Virus record (IMG/VR): IMGVR_UViG_2609459839_000001
Direction: 5' to 3' (one strand)
Origin: a virus
Taxonomy: Duplodnaviria; Heunggongvirae; Uroviricota; Caudoviricetes
DNA length: 39,079 bases
Program-made: the position numbers and the translations under genes
Part shown: in pieces, positions 1 through 9,830 of the stretch
How the letters are laid out: the number at the start of each line of letters is the position of its first letter
Numbering within the stretch: position 1 is the stretch's first letter
The notes under the pieces: model-generated
What the model saw: only the letters and a program-made list of their open reading frames with translations
Databases searched by the model: none
Told to the model about the DNA's origin: nothing

Positions 1-327
1 TTACATGGTCAATTTGATTCCATTTCCATGTTTTACCTTCTTCACTGCCTGCCTGGAAATATATCTACAAAAAGCTGTGTAATACGCAATGCGGCGCAGG
101 CCTTAACTGACGATGGAACTCTATACGGAGCCACAATTCTTGGTGACGGCGTTGTGCACAATAGCTTCGGTCAAAAACTGATGCGCATTTACAATCAAAA
201 AGGCATCTTTTCAAACACAAAAGATTCCGAAGAAGGCTTAACACATATACTCTCAGAGCATTTCGAGAATGTTAAAACCAAGATTAAAGGTACTGTAGTA
301 ATGTTTTCCGCTTCAGGGAAAAAATAG
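1..327 (+). CDS. hypothetical protein, 3' part of a gene running off the left edge (possible cargo gene)
   Basis: Reading frame is open from nt 1 (no stop upstream of the ATG at 28), ends TAG 325-327; no SD before the internal ATG; no family recognised. Confidence 0.3.
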   Translation, partial: LHGQFDSISMFYLLHCLPGNISTKSCVIRNAAQALTDDGTLYGATILGDGVVHNSFGQKLMRIYNQKGIFSNTKDSEEGLTHILSEHFENVKTKIKGTVVMFSASGKK

Positions 328-334
328 CATCCAG

Positions 335-367
335 CCGCAGCACGTTCTTGCGCACGACGTGCTGCGG
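335..367. terminator. perfect 10-bp inverted repeat (CCGCAGCACG / CGTGCTGCGG, 13-nt loop) just after the stop of the left-edge ORF
   Basis: Read directly; no clean U-tract on the plus side, TATTTTTT follows on the minus side. Confidence 0.3.
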
Positions 368-774
368 CATAATCCCAATGATTACTCCCTGACAGGGTTC
401 GTAGGCCACTCAATATCAGGTGCAGTTGATGTATCAACACGGTTCAGCAACACCCTGCATGCCTTCCATGCCGCCAGCAATGATGTTTCCTCCTTCGTTG
501 CATATACTGCTCACCTTTTTCACCCACGATTAACCAACAGCCAGATTCGCAGGCACGCCCCACCACGGCATATTCATACGCTTGCCATGTCCGAACATTT
601 CAATCCAGCGATATTATGCCTGGGGTGTTCAAGCGCAATGAAGTACGTATTGTATCTTCGCGATTTTTTATAGGCTAATTGACGCGCAATTCTGAGCGGG
701 GAGCGCACAATCAAACAGCACAGAATGGATCGCTGATATTTATCCTTTTGTCGGTTTATCAAACAACAAGAGAG

Positions 775-2604
775 TCAATAGCGGATTGTCCCTACATCCA
801 TTTCTGGCGAATCCACTAACCAGAAATTATCTGGCTTTACAGCCAGAATGATCCAGGCAGTGTTTGTTGTTGATGACCAGGAAGGCAGCACATCGTATGC
901 CGGGTCATCGCAAGAATCACGATAACCGTACTCATTAAAAAGTGGAGCCATTGCTGCCACAAGATTCACCGCATTCAGCTCATTACCCAGCTTGCGCTCA
1001 AAAAGTGCCACCCCTGCCGTTCCTTCCACCCACACGCCACGGCTGTGACCACTATAACCATAATCAGGGTGGTACGGTGTGTAACCCGTGGTTTCCCTCG
1101 TACCAAATAAAAAACGCCCCATATATTTTCGGCACTTAGCCGCTTTCTCAGCATCAATATTGGCAACAAACAATCCGCCCCAGGAAGACTGATCCAGCGC
1201 CGCTGCGTTGTCATAGTGGGTTGAATGAACCCCCTGTCGAAATCGGCCTTCATCTTCCACCCACAGACCTCTGATGATGCTCTTTGCCAGCCTGTCAGCC
1301 CGCTCACTGAAACCGTCAAATCCCAGCCGTCCCATCAGTTCAAACAAAAACCAGATATCAACGTTATGCTCCAGTGCGCACCATTCGGCGACAAAAGTTT
1401 CATCAAAATTGCCGTCCACATAACGCCCCTGCCCCCCTTTATACAGGCCTTCACGCAGGTCGCCTGGTGTGCTCACCAGAAAAGTATCCAGCCAGGCAAT
1501 GCCTGCCAATAGCTTTTCTCTGACCCGCGCAGTCTGAGTACCGTCCGGATACTTCTCCAGATAGAAAGCAAGAGCATAATAAACCCATGCCGCATTGCCC
1601 AAGCGGTAATAGGTACGCGGTGACATGGCAGACAGCCTGTTAACAAAAAACTTTACTCCACCGTTTTCATCAACAAGCGCACACAAGCCCGCAACGTATC
1701 TTTCTACAGCCTCATGTCGCTGAACCATCAACGCCAGTGCTGCCAGCGCCTGGTCATACGTGTAACACCGATCTTTCATCACCCTGATCACTTCGGGGTC
1801 TGCGTCCTCCGGCATCCAGTAGCTACGAATGAGCAGTGGAAACTCCAGCGTTGTGATCCACGCATTATCCTCAATCCGAATAAGACGAAACTGTTTTGCT
1901 CCCGTCCAGCAACGTCTGAAATAGAAAGTTCCGTCACTATTCAAATTAGCGTCGCCGTTAAAATACTCTCCGGTTGTATAAGCATACATATCGACTTTAT
2001 ACTTTTCAGGTTCAGGAATATCGCAATATCCGTTAACTGCACCGACATAATTAAAATCGATATTTTCTTTTATTTTTAAAGATATTGATGTATTAACAAC
2101 CTCGGGTTGTTCCAGTTTTAACATTGCAGTAGTGCAACGACTCACGATGTCGTCAAAGTTCTCAAAGCGCAAACCGGGAAAACTATCGGCTATTCCCTGC
2201 ATTTCAGACAGTAACGCTTCTGCCCTTTTTGTCGCTGATATTGCCACATCTGCACTTCGTTGCGCCTGACTTGTCAAATCTTCAAATCGTTTCACCACAT
2301 CTGGCTTCAGGTCGCCTTCGTCGGGGGCAGTCAGAAAATCATTCAGCGTACCTGGTCTGGAACCTTCATAAACGGTAATGGTCCCGGCATGTGAAGGCGG
2401 AAAACCTTCAACCAACAGGGTGACGCTGTACTGACCATACTCAACATCCATGCTGTAACGTCCAGCTTCATCCGGATTTTCTGAGGCCACCGTGTTCACC
2501 ACAACCGTTGTGCTGTTACGTTTTGCCTTCAGTTGAATAGTGCAGTTCTGTATTGGTTTTCCCGCACCATCTTTCAGCACACCTGAGATTTTTACTGCTG
2601 CCAT
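775..2604 (-). CDS. side tail fibre / tailspike-like protein: lambda Stf-like N-terminal anchor fused to a non-fibre, enzyme-like C-terminal domain
   Basis: N-terminus MAAVKISGVLKDGAGKPIQNCTIQLKA...EAGRYSMDVEYGQYSVTL matches my recollection of the lambda Stf N-terminus; remaining ~480 aa lacks fibre repeats; ATG at 2604 preceded by GGTGGTGG; no tfa-like gene downstream. Confidence 0.7.
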   Translation of the reverse strand: MAAVKISGVLKDGAGKPIQNCTIQLKAKRNSTTVVVNTVASENPDEAGRYSMDVEYGQYSVTLLVEGFPPSHAGTITVYEGSRPGTLNDFLTAPDEGDLKPDVVKRFEDLTSQAQRSADVAISATKRAEALLSEMQGIADSFPGLRFENFDDIVSRCTTAMLKLEQPEVVNTSISLKIKENIDFNYVGAVNGYCDIPEPEKYKVDMYAYTTGEYFNGDANLNSDGTFYFRRCWTGAKQFRLIRIEDNAWITTLEFPLLIRSYWMPEDADPEVIRVMKDRCYTYDQALAALALMVQRHEAVERYVAGLCALVDENGGVKFFVNRLSAMSPRTYYRLGNAAWVYYALAFYLEKYPDGTQTARVREKLLAGIAWLDTFLVSTPGDLREGLYKGGQGRYVDGNFDETFVAEWCALEHNVDIWFLFELMGRLGFDGFSERADRLAKSIIRGLWVEDEGRFRQGVHSTHYDNAAALDQSSWGGLFVANIDAEKAAKCRKYMGRFLFGTRETTGYTPYHPDYGYSGHSRGVWVEGTAGVALFERKLGNELNAVNLVAAMAPLFNEYGYRDSCDDPAYDVLPSWSSTTNTAWIILAVKPDNFWLVDSPEMDVGTIRY

Positions 2605-2613
2605 ATCCACCAC

Positions 2614-2645
2614 CCCACAAAAAAGCCCGCCAGAATATGCGGGCT
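2614..2645 (-). terminator. rho-independent terminator downstream of lom
   Basis: Stem AGCCCGC/GCGGGCT (2624-2630 / 2639-2645), 8-nt loop, followed on the minus strand by TTTTTTGTGG. Confidence 0.55.
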
Positions 2646-2661
2646 GTCATAACACTGCTAA

Positions 2662-3261
2662 TCAGAATTTATAACCGACACCCACGATAAAACCGTCAGT
2701 GCGCCAGTCACCACTGCCGGAGCCTTCATAAGCAATATCAATGGCCACGGATTCGGTCGGGTTAAACTGCACGCCAGCTCCCCACGCCAGAGAGGTGTTA
2801 CTGTGGCGAGCGTCATCACTTCCGGTCAGCACGTCGTGCGTTTTTCCCTTGTTGTCAGTTACGCGGAGATAATCCCCGGAAAAAGTCGACACACGGCTGT
2901 AAGCCACGCCTGCCATCGCATACGCGCTGAACCATTCATTCACGCGCACAGATGGCCCCGCCATCATGCTGAACCAGCGGTTACGCACTGAATCTTCATG
3001 CCAGCGGGTATCACTGTAACGGGTAATCTGGCGATTCTTGTCTCCGGCATAACTGAATGACGTCACCAGCCCCAGCGTGTCCGTAAATTCATAACGGTAT
3101 TTCACGTTAATGCCCTTCAGGTCATCGTTGCCGGGCATATCAGTATGGGACTGAATATACCCGGAGCTTAGTGTGGACTGATGCTCTGCTGCACTCGCTG
3201 GCGTACCAGCGGCAACCAGCCAGACTACTGCGGACAGAATAACAGCACATAATTTACGCAT
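2662..3261 (-). CDS. lom: Lom/Ail/PagC-family outer-membrane beta-barrel protein
   Basis: 199 aa, signal peptide [25 protein letters not shown]-terminal ...GVGYKF; position immediately after J as in lambda. Confidence 0.85.
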   Translation of the reverse strand: MRKLCAVILSAVVWLVAAGTPASAAEHQSTLSSGYIQSHTDMPGNDDLKGINVKYRYEFTDTLGLVTSFSYAGDKNRQITRYSDTRWHEDSVRNRWFSMMAGPSVRVNEWFSAYAMAGVAYSRVSTFSGDYLRVTDNKGKTHDVLTGSDDARHSNTSLAWGAGVQFNPTESVAIDIAYEGSGSGDWRTDGFIVGVGYKF

Positions 3262-3328
3262 AATTACCTCTCGCTTTTCTGCAATAAAAAAGGCGCCATT
3301 TCTGGCGCCCGTATCTGGGTTATAAAAT

Positions 3329-6300
3329 TCAGCTAATCGTGATGCCTGCAGTGGCTTTCTTCATCACAACAACCAGCAAATCGCTGATACTTGCTGTGGG
3401 ATACCAACCATTTACCCACCATGCTGATACAGAAAACTCCAGTGTCATTACGCCACTGCCTGCAGGCATATCAATAACACCCGTGTATATCAGCGTATTA
3501 TCCAGAGCCGTTCGGTTATAAATTTCAGCCCCGTTTTTCTTCACTATCAGGCGGCATGACGAATAAGTATCGCTATTCTCCCGCTCATGTCTGGCACCGC
3601 TGAAAGCCACCGCAGGAATAACAATTTGCCGGTCAAACGGCTGATCGTCATAAACCCTGACGGTAATGGTCCCTGATGGCCACCGCTCCGGTGCACGGGA
3701 GTCCCGGGGGAAAGCTTTGCCCACTGTTTTAACGAGATCGCCTTCAATCTGGTTCGCGGACAGTTTTCCCAGAACCCGACAGTTCTCGTTAATCGTGACG
3801 TTGTTGAGCGTCCCTGAATTTGCATTCACATTACCGCTGATATCCGCATTTTTAGCGGTCAACTTTCCGTCCGGTGTCAGGGAAAATGCCGGCGGATTTC
3901 CACCGCTGGTAATGGTGGGAGCCGTCAGGCGTTTCAGGAACACGTCGTTCATGAATATCTGGTTGCCCTGCGCCACAAACATCGGCGTTTCATTCCCGTT
4001 TGCCGGGTCAATAAACGCGATACGATTGGCGGCAACCAGAAACTGGCTCAGCTTGCCTTCCTCCGTGTCCTCCATGCTGAGGCCAATACCCGCGACATAA
4101 TGTTTGCCGTCTTTGGTCTGCTCAATTTTGACGCCCCACATAGCATTCCATTTATCGTTAGCGTCCTTCCACTCTTTCGAAAACTCATCCAGTCTGCTGG
4201 CGTTATCCTCCGTCAGGTCGACTTTTTTCAGCAGCTCTTTACCGAGATGGGATTCGGTTATCTTGCCTTTGAAAAAATCCAGGTAACCTTCCGCATCATC
4301 GCTCGCCCGACCGACGGCCTCCACGAATGCCGATTTGCCAACGGTGTTCACACTGCGGATATAAAAGTAATAATCATGGCCCGGTTTGATATTGATACTG
4401 GCGGCTATCCAGTACAGCCCCGTGCCAAGGTAGCGGGCTGTGGTTTCAACCTGCCTGATATCGGTAATCCGCGTTTCCGAGAACCAGAACTCAAACTGTA
4501 CCGTCGGATCATAAACCGCAAGATGCGGCGTGGCAGTTATCTGAAAATAGCCCGGCGTCAGCTCAATCCGCGACGGCGCTGCCGGGGCGGCAATCCGGAA
4601 CGATACCGATGCCGGATCGCCCTGCTGCCCCCAGGCATTTGCCGCCCGGACTGTCAGCCTGTAGTTTCCCAGCGCCAGTTGCGTGAAGCGGTATGTGGTT
4701 TCCGTCGTCCGGGCCGTGCTGACCAGCCGCTCACTGCCGTCATCCGCTGCCACGGTCAGGCGAAGCATAAAGCTCACACCCTTCACCACCTTCGGCGTAT
4801 CCCAGCGCGCCAGCACCTGGTATTCCCCGCTGTCTGCGGTGACTTCGGCAGTCAGATGCTGCACTGCTGGCGGTGTGACCCCGTTCACCGTGCCGCTCTG
4901 GTCGCCGTCAAAGTGCGCCCCGTTATCCACGATGGCCTCTTTTTCCGGTACATGCTGCACGGCGGTGATGGCATACGTGCCGTCGTCGTTCTCACGGATA
5001 CTCACGCAGCGGAACAGGCGCTGGCGCAACGTCGGCAGCTTCAGCCCCCATACGCTGTATTCAGCAACGCCGTCAGGAACACGGCTCACTTTCACCTTCA
5101 CGCCGTCGGTGACGGACTGAACCTCCACGCTGACCGGACTCCCCTGCCCGTCAACCAGGCTTATCAGCGTGGTGCCGGAAGATGGCAGCGTGATTTCACG
5201 GTCGAGCGTCAGCGTCCGGGTCTGGCTGTTTACCGCCAGCACGCGCCCGCCGGTGCGGATACCGGCATAGTCATCATCGCAGATTTCAATGACATCCCCC
5301 GGTACATGGCGAAGCCCTTCGGCACCCACGCTGAAGTCCACGGTCTGCGTTTCCAGCAGTTCTGTTTTAATCAGCCACAGCCCGGCGCGGTGTGCCTGCC
5401 CCCGGCTGGTACAGCCAAAAGCATCCATCTTCGTGACGTTACGACCGTAACGGGCAATGGCCTGCGTGTCCTCCACAAGCTCTGTCGCCGTCTCCCAGCC
5501 GTTATTCGGGTCAATCCAGTTCACCTCAACGGCATTATGGCGGTCCTTCAGGGCGCTGAAGCTGTAGCGGAACGGCGCACCATCATCCGGCATCACCACA
5601 TTACTGCGGTTATAGGTCCACACCTTATCCGACCGTCGGTCCTGCACGAACGTCAGCGTCTGCCCGTTCCATACCGGCATACAGCGCATCGCCGAGCAGA
5701 AATCACTGAGCACATCCCACGCCTTGCGCTGCGTGGTCATGTACGCATTACAGGTGATGCGCGGCTCCGTGCCACCAAAGCCATCCGGCACCGACTGGTC
5801 GCAATTCTGGCCGATGACATACAGCGCCCATTTATCCACATCCGCCGCACCAAGACGTTTCCCCATGCCGTAGCGCGGATGGGTCAGCATATCCCACAGA
5901 CACCAGGCCATGTTGTTGCTGTATGCTGGCTTAAACGTTCCGTCCCAGATACCGCTGTATTGCCGCGTCTGCGGGTTATAGTTCGACGGCACCTGCAGAA
6001 TACGCCCGCGAAGATGATAATTACGGCTCACCTGCTGACTGCCGAACTGTTCCGAGTCCACCTGCACGCCGACCAGTGCCGTGTTCGGGTAGCACTGTTT
6101 CACATCGATGATTTCGGTGTATGACGACCAGAGCGTTTTGTTCTGCAGCTGGTCTGTGGTGCTGTCCGGCGTCATCCTGCGCATCCGGATATTAAACGGG
6201 CGCGGCGGCAGGTTATCCACCACTACCGATGCCAGATACTGCGAGGTGGTTTTGCCCTTAATGGTGATGTCTTTTTCCGTCACCCAGCCACCGTTACGTT

Positions 6301-6724
6301 GTATCTGAACCAGCAGGCGGACTTCCGATGGATTCCGGTCCCCTTTTGAGGTGGTTTCCACCAGAGCCTGCACACCGAAGGTAAAACGCAGACGGTCGAT
6401 GTTTGCAGACGTGATGGTCCGGATGATCGGCGTGTCGTATTTCACTTCCGTACCCAGCACCTTCTCGGAGCCGGAGGATTCAAACCCCTCAGGCGGTGTC
6501 TGCTCCTGCTCACCTGCCCGGAACACCACCGTGACGCCGGATATATTGGTATTCCCCTCACTGTCCAGCACCGGCGTACTGTTCAGCAGCACGCTTTTTA
6601 ATCCATCCACCGGGCCTTCAATCGGGCCTTCACTAATGGCATCAATCACACTCAGTAACTGCGTTGATTTGAGATTATCTTTCGCCTCACGCGGAGTGTG
6701 TGCTTTACCGCCACCTTTACCCAT
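3329..6724 (-). CDS. J: host specificity / tail tip protein J
   Basis: 1131 aa; N-terminus [41 protein letters not shown] and overall length match lambda gpJ. Confidence 0.95.
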   Translation of the reverse strand: MGKGGGKAHTPREAKDNLKSTQLLSVIDAISEGPIEGPVDGLKSVLLNSTPVLDSEGNTNISGVTVVFRAGEQEQTPPEGFESSGSEKVLGTEVKYDTPIIRTITSANIDRLRFTFGVQALVETTSKGDRNPSEVRLLVQIQRNGGWVTEKDITIKGKTTSQYLASVVVDNLPPRPFNIRMRRMTPDSTTDQLQNKTLWSSYTEIIDVKQCYPNTALVGVQVDSEQFGSQQVSRNYHLRGRILQVPSNYNPQTRQYSGIWDGTFKPAYSNNMAWCLWDMLTHPRYGMGKRLGAADVDKWALYVIGQNCDQSVPDGFGGTEPRITCNAYMTTQRKAWDVLSDFCSAMRCMPVWNGQTLTFVQDRRSDKVWTYNRSNVVMPDDGAPFRYSFSALKDRHNAVEVNWIDPNNGWETATELVEDTQAIARYGRNVTKMDAFGCTSRGQAHRAGLWLIKTELLETQTVDFSVGAEGLRHVPGDVIEICDDDYAGIRTGGRVLAVNSQTRTLTLDREITLPSSGTTLISLVDGQGSPVSVEVQSVTDGVKVKVSRVPDGVAEYSVWGLKLPTLRQRLFRCVSIRENDDGTYAITAVQHVPEKEAIVDNGAHFDGDQSGTVNGVTPPAVQHLTAEVTADSGEYQVLARWDTPKVVKGVSFMLRLTVAADDGSERLVSTARTTETTYRFTQLALGNYRLTVRAANAWGQQGDPASVSFRIAAPAAPSRIELTPGYFQITATPHLAVYDPTVQFEFWFSETRITDIRQVETTARYLGTGLYWIAASINIKPGHDYYFYIRSVNTVGKSAFVEAVGRASDDAEGYLDFFKGKITESHLGKELLKKVDLTEDNASRLDEFSKEWKDANDKWNAMWGVKIEQTKDGKHYVAGIGLSMEDTEEGKLSQFLVAANRIAFIDPANGNETPMFVAQGNQIFMNDVFLKRLTAPTITSGGNPPAFSLTPDGKLTAKNADISGNVNANSGTLNNVTINENCRVLGKLSANQIEGDLVKTVGKAFPRDSRAPERWPSGTITVRVYDDQPFDRQIVIPAVAFSGARHERENSDTYSSCRLIVKKNGAEIYNRTALDNTLIYTGVIDMPAGSGVMTLEFSVSAWWVNGWYPTASISDLLVVVMKKATAGITIS

Positions 6725-6860
6725 GATGATTCCTTCTGATTGATATGATTAATCGCAGCAATAGCCACATTGCATAACTCTTGCGCGATATCATTGAAAC
6801 GCTGCTTGTTTTCCTGCAACCAGTAAACTCAATCTGTTAACAGGATTTAATGAGGGGTTT

Positions 6861-7388
6861 ATGAAATGTAAAGTTATTGCTGCCATTGCAATGCTGACAG
6901 CATCATCGTGTGGATACTCAGCCACAAAAGAAGTCCCAATGAACCTGGTGAATGCTGATGGTAAAGAACAGAGCATTGGAAAAATAACTGTCCAGGAGAC
7001 AACCTATGGTCTGCTGTTCACTCCAGAGCTTCACTCTTTACCCGAAGGCATTCATGGCTTTCATGTACACGAGAACGGAAACTGTGCTCCGGCACTGAAA
7101 GATGGGAAACCTGTCGCTGCATTATCAGCAGGAGGTCACTTTGATCCGAATAAAACCGGGAAACATCTTGGACCCTGGTCTCCTGATGGGCATCTCGGTG
7201 ATCTCCCCGCGCTATATGTGACTCATGATGGAAAAGCGAACTATCCTGTACTCGCACCGAAACTGACCCGGTTAAAAGAGATAGACGGACGTTCTCTCAT
7301 GATCCACATCGGCGGTGACAACCATCACGACCACCCAGATCCACTCGGTGGTGGTGGTGCGAGAATAGCCTGCGGCATCATTCCATAA
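6861..7388 (+). CDS. sodC: periplasmic Cu/Zn superoxide dismutase (prophage moron)
   Basis: 175 aa, signal peptide, His-rich copper/zinc ligand motifs ([39 protein letters not shown]); SD GAGGGG before ATG 6861; antisense to flanking tail genes. Confidence 0.9.
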   Translation: MKCKVIAAIAMLTASSCGYSATKEVPMNLVNADGKEQSIGKITVQETTYGLLFTPELHSLPEGIHGFHVHENGNCAPALKDGKPVAALSAGGHFDPNKTGKHLGPWSPDGHLGDLPALYVTHDGKANYPVLAPKLTRLKEIDGRSLMIHIGGDNHHDHPDPLGGGGARIACGIIP

Positions 7389-7395
7389 TCAATCT

Positions 7396-7418
7396 GGTAA
7401 GGGGGTCACCCCCTTACC
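7396..7418. terminator. perfect 10-bp palindromic hairpin (GGTAAGGGGG tca CCCCCTTACC) between convergent sodC and gene I
   Basis: Read directly; no strong U-tract, may act as bidirectional terminator/insulator. Confidence 0.4.
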
Positions 7419-7474
7419 CTTGCTCCATAACAATGGAACAATTTTTCCAGGCAAACAGGGCCAATACACGCCTA

Positions 7475-8146
7475 TCACATATGTCTACTGTTGTATACCT
7501 GTCGCCCTATAACCACCATTTTTCCATCATTTCCCTCGTCACGGGTACTGACTTCCTGCGAAATCACTCGCGACCCCACGCGCATTTCACCGTACAGAAC
7601 AGGCAGGACATTGCCCTGGGCAACCATGTTGTCCAGTGAGGAGAAATACGTATTCTGCCTGCCATTATCCGTGTTGGTCGCTGTGGGCGTCCTGGCTTTC
7701 GGTGCCAGCATCTGCGCCACACCGCCGAGGATCATACTAGCCCCTGCCGCATATATGCCCGATACAGCTGCAGCCCCCAACCAGCCCACAGGGTTCCACC
7801 ATGCCACCGCAATCAGCGCCGCACCCAGCACCGCCTGAAACACACCGCCACTTTTAGCACCAGCCAGACGCGGAACGATGTGGATCACAGCACCATTCGC
7901 CAGCGGCTCATTAAGACGGGCTGATAATTCATTTTCGCCTGCATCACGCCCGGCAATGCGCACCTGATACCAGCCGTCGCTCAGTTTCTGGCGAAACGAC
8001 GGTAGCTGCGTGGCCAGCGCCCGGATGGCTTCGGCACCAGTTTTCACACGAAGGTCGATGCGGCGGCCAAATCGTTGCAAATCCCCGTAAAGGCAGATGC
8101 GCGCCATGCCCGGTGACGCCAGAGGGAGTGTGTGCGTCGCTGCCAT
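7475..8146 (-). CDS. I: tail assembly protein I
   Basis: 223 aa; MAATHTLPLASPGMARICLYGDLQRFGRRIDLRVKTGAEAIRALATQLP matches lambda gpI; overlaps the 3' end of K. Confidence 0.9.
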   Translation of the reverse strand: MAATHTLPLASPGMARICLYGDLQRFGRRIDLRVKTGAEAIRALATQLPSFRQKLSDGWYQVRIAGRDAGENELSARLNEPLANGAVIHIVPRLAGAKSGGVFQAVLGAALIAVAWWNPVGWLGAAAVSGIYAAGASMILGGVAQMLAPKARTPTATNTDNGRQNTYFSSLDNMVAQGNVLPVLYGEMRVGSRVISQEVSTRDEGNDGKMVVIGRQVYNSRHM

Positions 8147-8787
8147 TTGTCGGTATACCTCTCTCGTTTGCTCAGTTGTTCAGGAATATGGTGCAGCAGC
8201 TCGCCGTCACCACAGTAAATGGCGGCATGATTCGGCACCGATGAACCAAAACAGCACAGCAGCACATCGCCCGGTTGTGCTGATGACAACGGCACCTGAT
8301 ACAGCCCTGTGGCCTCCAGATTATCCAGATAGAGATTCTGGCCGTGACGCCACCAGTCATCCTCGCGATGAAAATCCGGCATCTCAATCCCCGCCAGATG
8401 ATAAGCATCCCGGAACAGCGTGTAACAGTCCGTCACCCCGTGCTCAAAGCGCCGCCCGGTGAGATGCGGCACACAGCGGAATTTATGAATCGCCCCCCGG
8501 CAGACCAGCAACCATGGCAAATCACTCTGCACCTGCAGCCGCCGGTCGGCTTCACTCAGCCAGGGCAGACCACCGGGATGGCTGTGCACCAGCGCGACTA
8601 TCTCACCCTGCATTTCTGCCCGCAGCCAGTCCTCCGGCGACATCCGGAAATAATCCTCCGGCTCACCGGAGATATTCACGCAGGGTAAATACCTGTCCCC
8701 CTCCGGCGTTCTCACCACGAAGCCGCACGACTCCGCTGGCGCACATCGCCGGGCGTGCGCCAGAATCGCTGATTCTGTCTCTGTCAT
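8044..8787 (-). CDS. K: tail assembly protein K (NlpC/P60 + JAB/MPN-like)
   Basis: 247 aa, HSHP motif (ALVHSHPGG) typical of JAB/MPN; position between L and I. Confidence 0.85.
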   Translation of the reverse strand: MTETESAILAHARRCAPAESCGFVVRTPEGDRYLPCVNISGEPEDYFRMSPEDWLRAEMQGEIVALVHSHPGGLPWLSEADRRLQVQSDLPWLLVCRGAIHKFRCVPHLTGRRFEHGVTDCYTLFRDAYHLAGIEMPDFHREDDWWRHGQNLYLDNLEATGLYQVPLSSAQPGDVLLCCFGSSVPNHAAIYCGDGELLHHIPEQLSKRERYTDKWQRRTHSLWRHRAWRASAFTGICNDLAAASTFV

Positions 8788-8792
8788 GGGAT

Positions 8793-9491
8793 TTACTGCG
8801 AAAGTTTGTTAATGGAAAGGAAGCCGCCAAAGTTGCCGACGTTATTGCGGAACTTACAACCGCTCAGGCATTTGCTACATTTATCCTTCGTGATATCGGA
8901 CGTTGGCTGGTCATATTCATCCGCGACCGCCGGACCGTGATAACCGCACTCATCACCGCGATAGGTCCAGGTGCAGGTGTTGGCCAGCATGATACGTCCC
9001 GGAAAAACGGCACCGTCCGTTTCCGTCGGCGTGGAGAGCACAAAGGAGGCACTGACCGCACTCAGTTCGCTGCACTGCTCGATGCGCCAGCGGCTGATCA
9101 CCTCCTGCTCCGGATCGGCGTCGCTGTTTCCGTTGACGAAGTTCACCGCATCCAGAAAACGGGCGTAAACCTTACGCCGGACCACCGTTCCGCCGACCAG
9201 ACTCTGCAGGTCTTCCGCCATCCCGGTGACCATGCCGTGCAGGTTAGAGACCGTCAGTGTCGGACGGGCAGCACTGCCCTTACCGTTCAGTTCAAATCCC
9301 GTCCCCTGAATGGGGTATGCCTGATACTGCCGCCCCTGCCAGGTGACCGGCTCACCTTTTTCGTTCTGCTCATTACAGAAAAAATAACGTTCACCACCGA
9401 CCTCTGTCAGATCGATTTCCCAGAGCACCACCTGGGCTGACTGAGTAAGGCGTGTCGTCTCATGATGTGTTTCCTGTGAAATATCCTGCAT
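8793..9491 (-). CDS. L: minor tail protein L
   Basis: 232 aa, conserved gpL features incl. C-terminal Cys cluster; ATG 9491. Confidence 0.9.
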   Translation of the reverse strand: MQDISQETHHETTRLTQSAQVVLWEIDLTEVGGERYFFCNEQNEKGEPVTWQGRQYQAYPIQGTGFELNGKGSAARPTLTVSNLHGMVTGMAEDLQSLVGGTVVRRKVYARFLDAVNFVNGNSDADPEQEVISRWRIEQCSELSAVSASFVLSTPTETDGAVFPGRIMLANTCTWTYRGDECGYHGPAVADEYDQPTSDITKDKCSKCLSGCKFRNNVGNFGGFLSINKLSQ

Positions 9492-9500
9492 CAGGGCCTC

Positions 9501-9830
9501 CTATGCCACGACCTGTTCAAAATCTGCCGTTATGGTTACCCACAGCGCCCCCACGCTTGCCGACCATTTACGACAAACCACCCTGATCGGCTTCCAGTCA
9601 TAAGGTGGCGTCCACTGAAATGCGCGGACGCCACCGTGCCGTTCCAGAAAGGCTTTTAAAGATGGGTGTTCACATTTACGAACACGTATCGTCACGCTGT
9701 AAGTCGACAACTGGTTATTCAGTCCCGCCGCACGACGCTGTTCATAACCATCGCCCAGCTTCACTGTCACCACTTTCGGCTCTGATACCACATTCATATC
9801 CGGGCGCACTTTCCAGTGAAACGTCTCCAT
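9501..9830 (-). CDS. M: minor tail protein M
   Basis: 109 aa, same size and position as lambda gpM; ATG overlaps H stop. Confidence 0.9.
   Translation of the reverse strand: METFHWKVRPDMNVVSEPKVVTVKLGDGYEQRRAAGLNNQLSTYSVTIRVRKCEHPSLKAFLERHGGVRAFQWTPPYDWKPIRVVCRKWSASVGALWVTITADFEQVVA

Noticed and set aside
4100-6124. 674-aa plus-strand ORF inside gene J
   Set aside because: Antisense to a strongly conserved J homologue; Arg/His/Pro-rich low-complexity translation typical of a spurious antisense frame.
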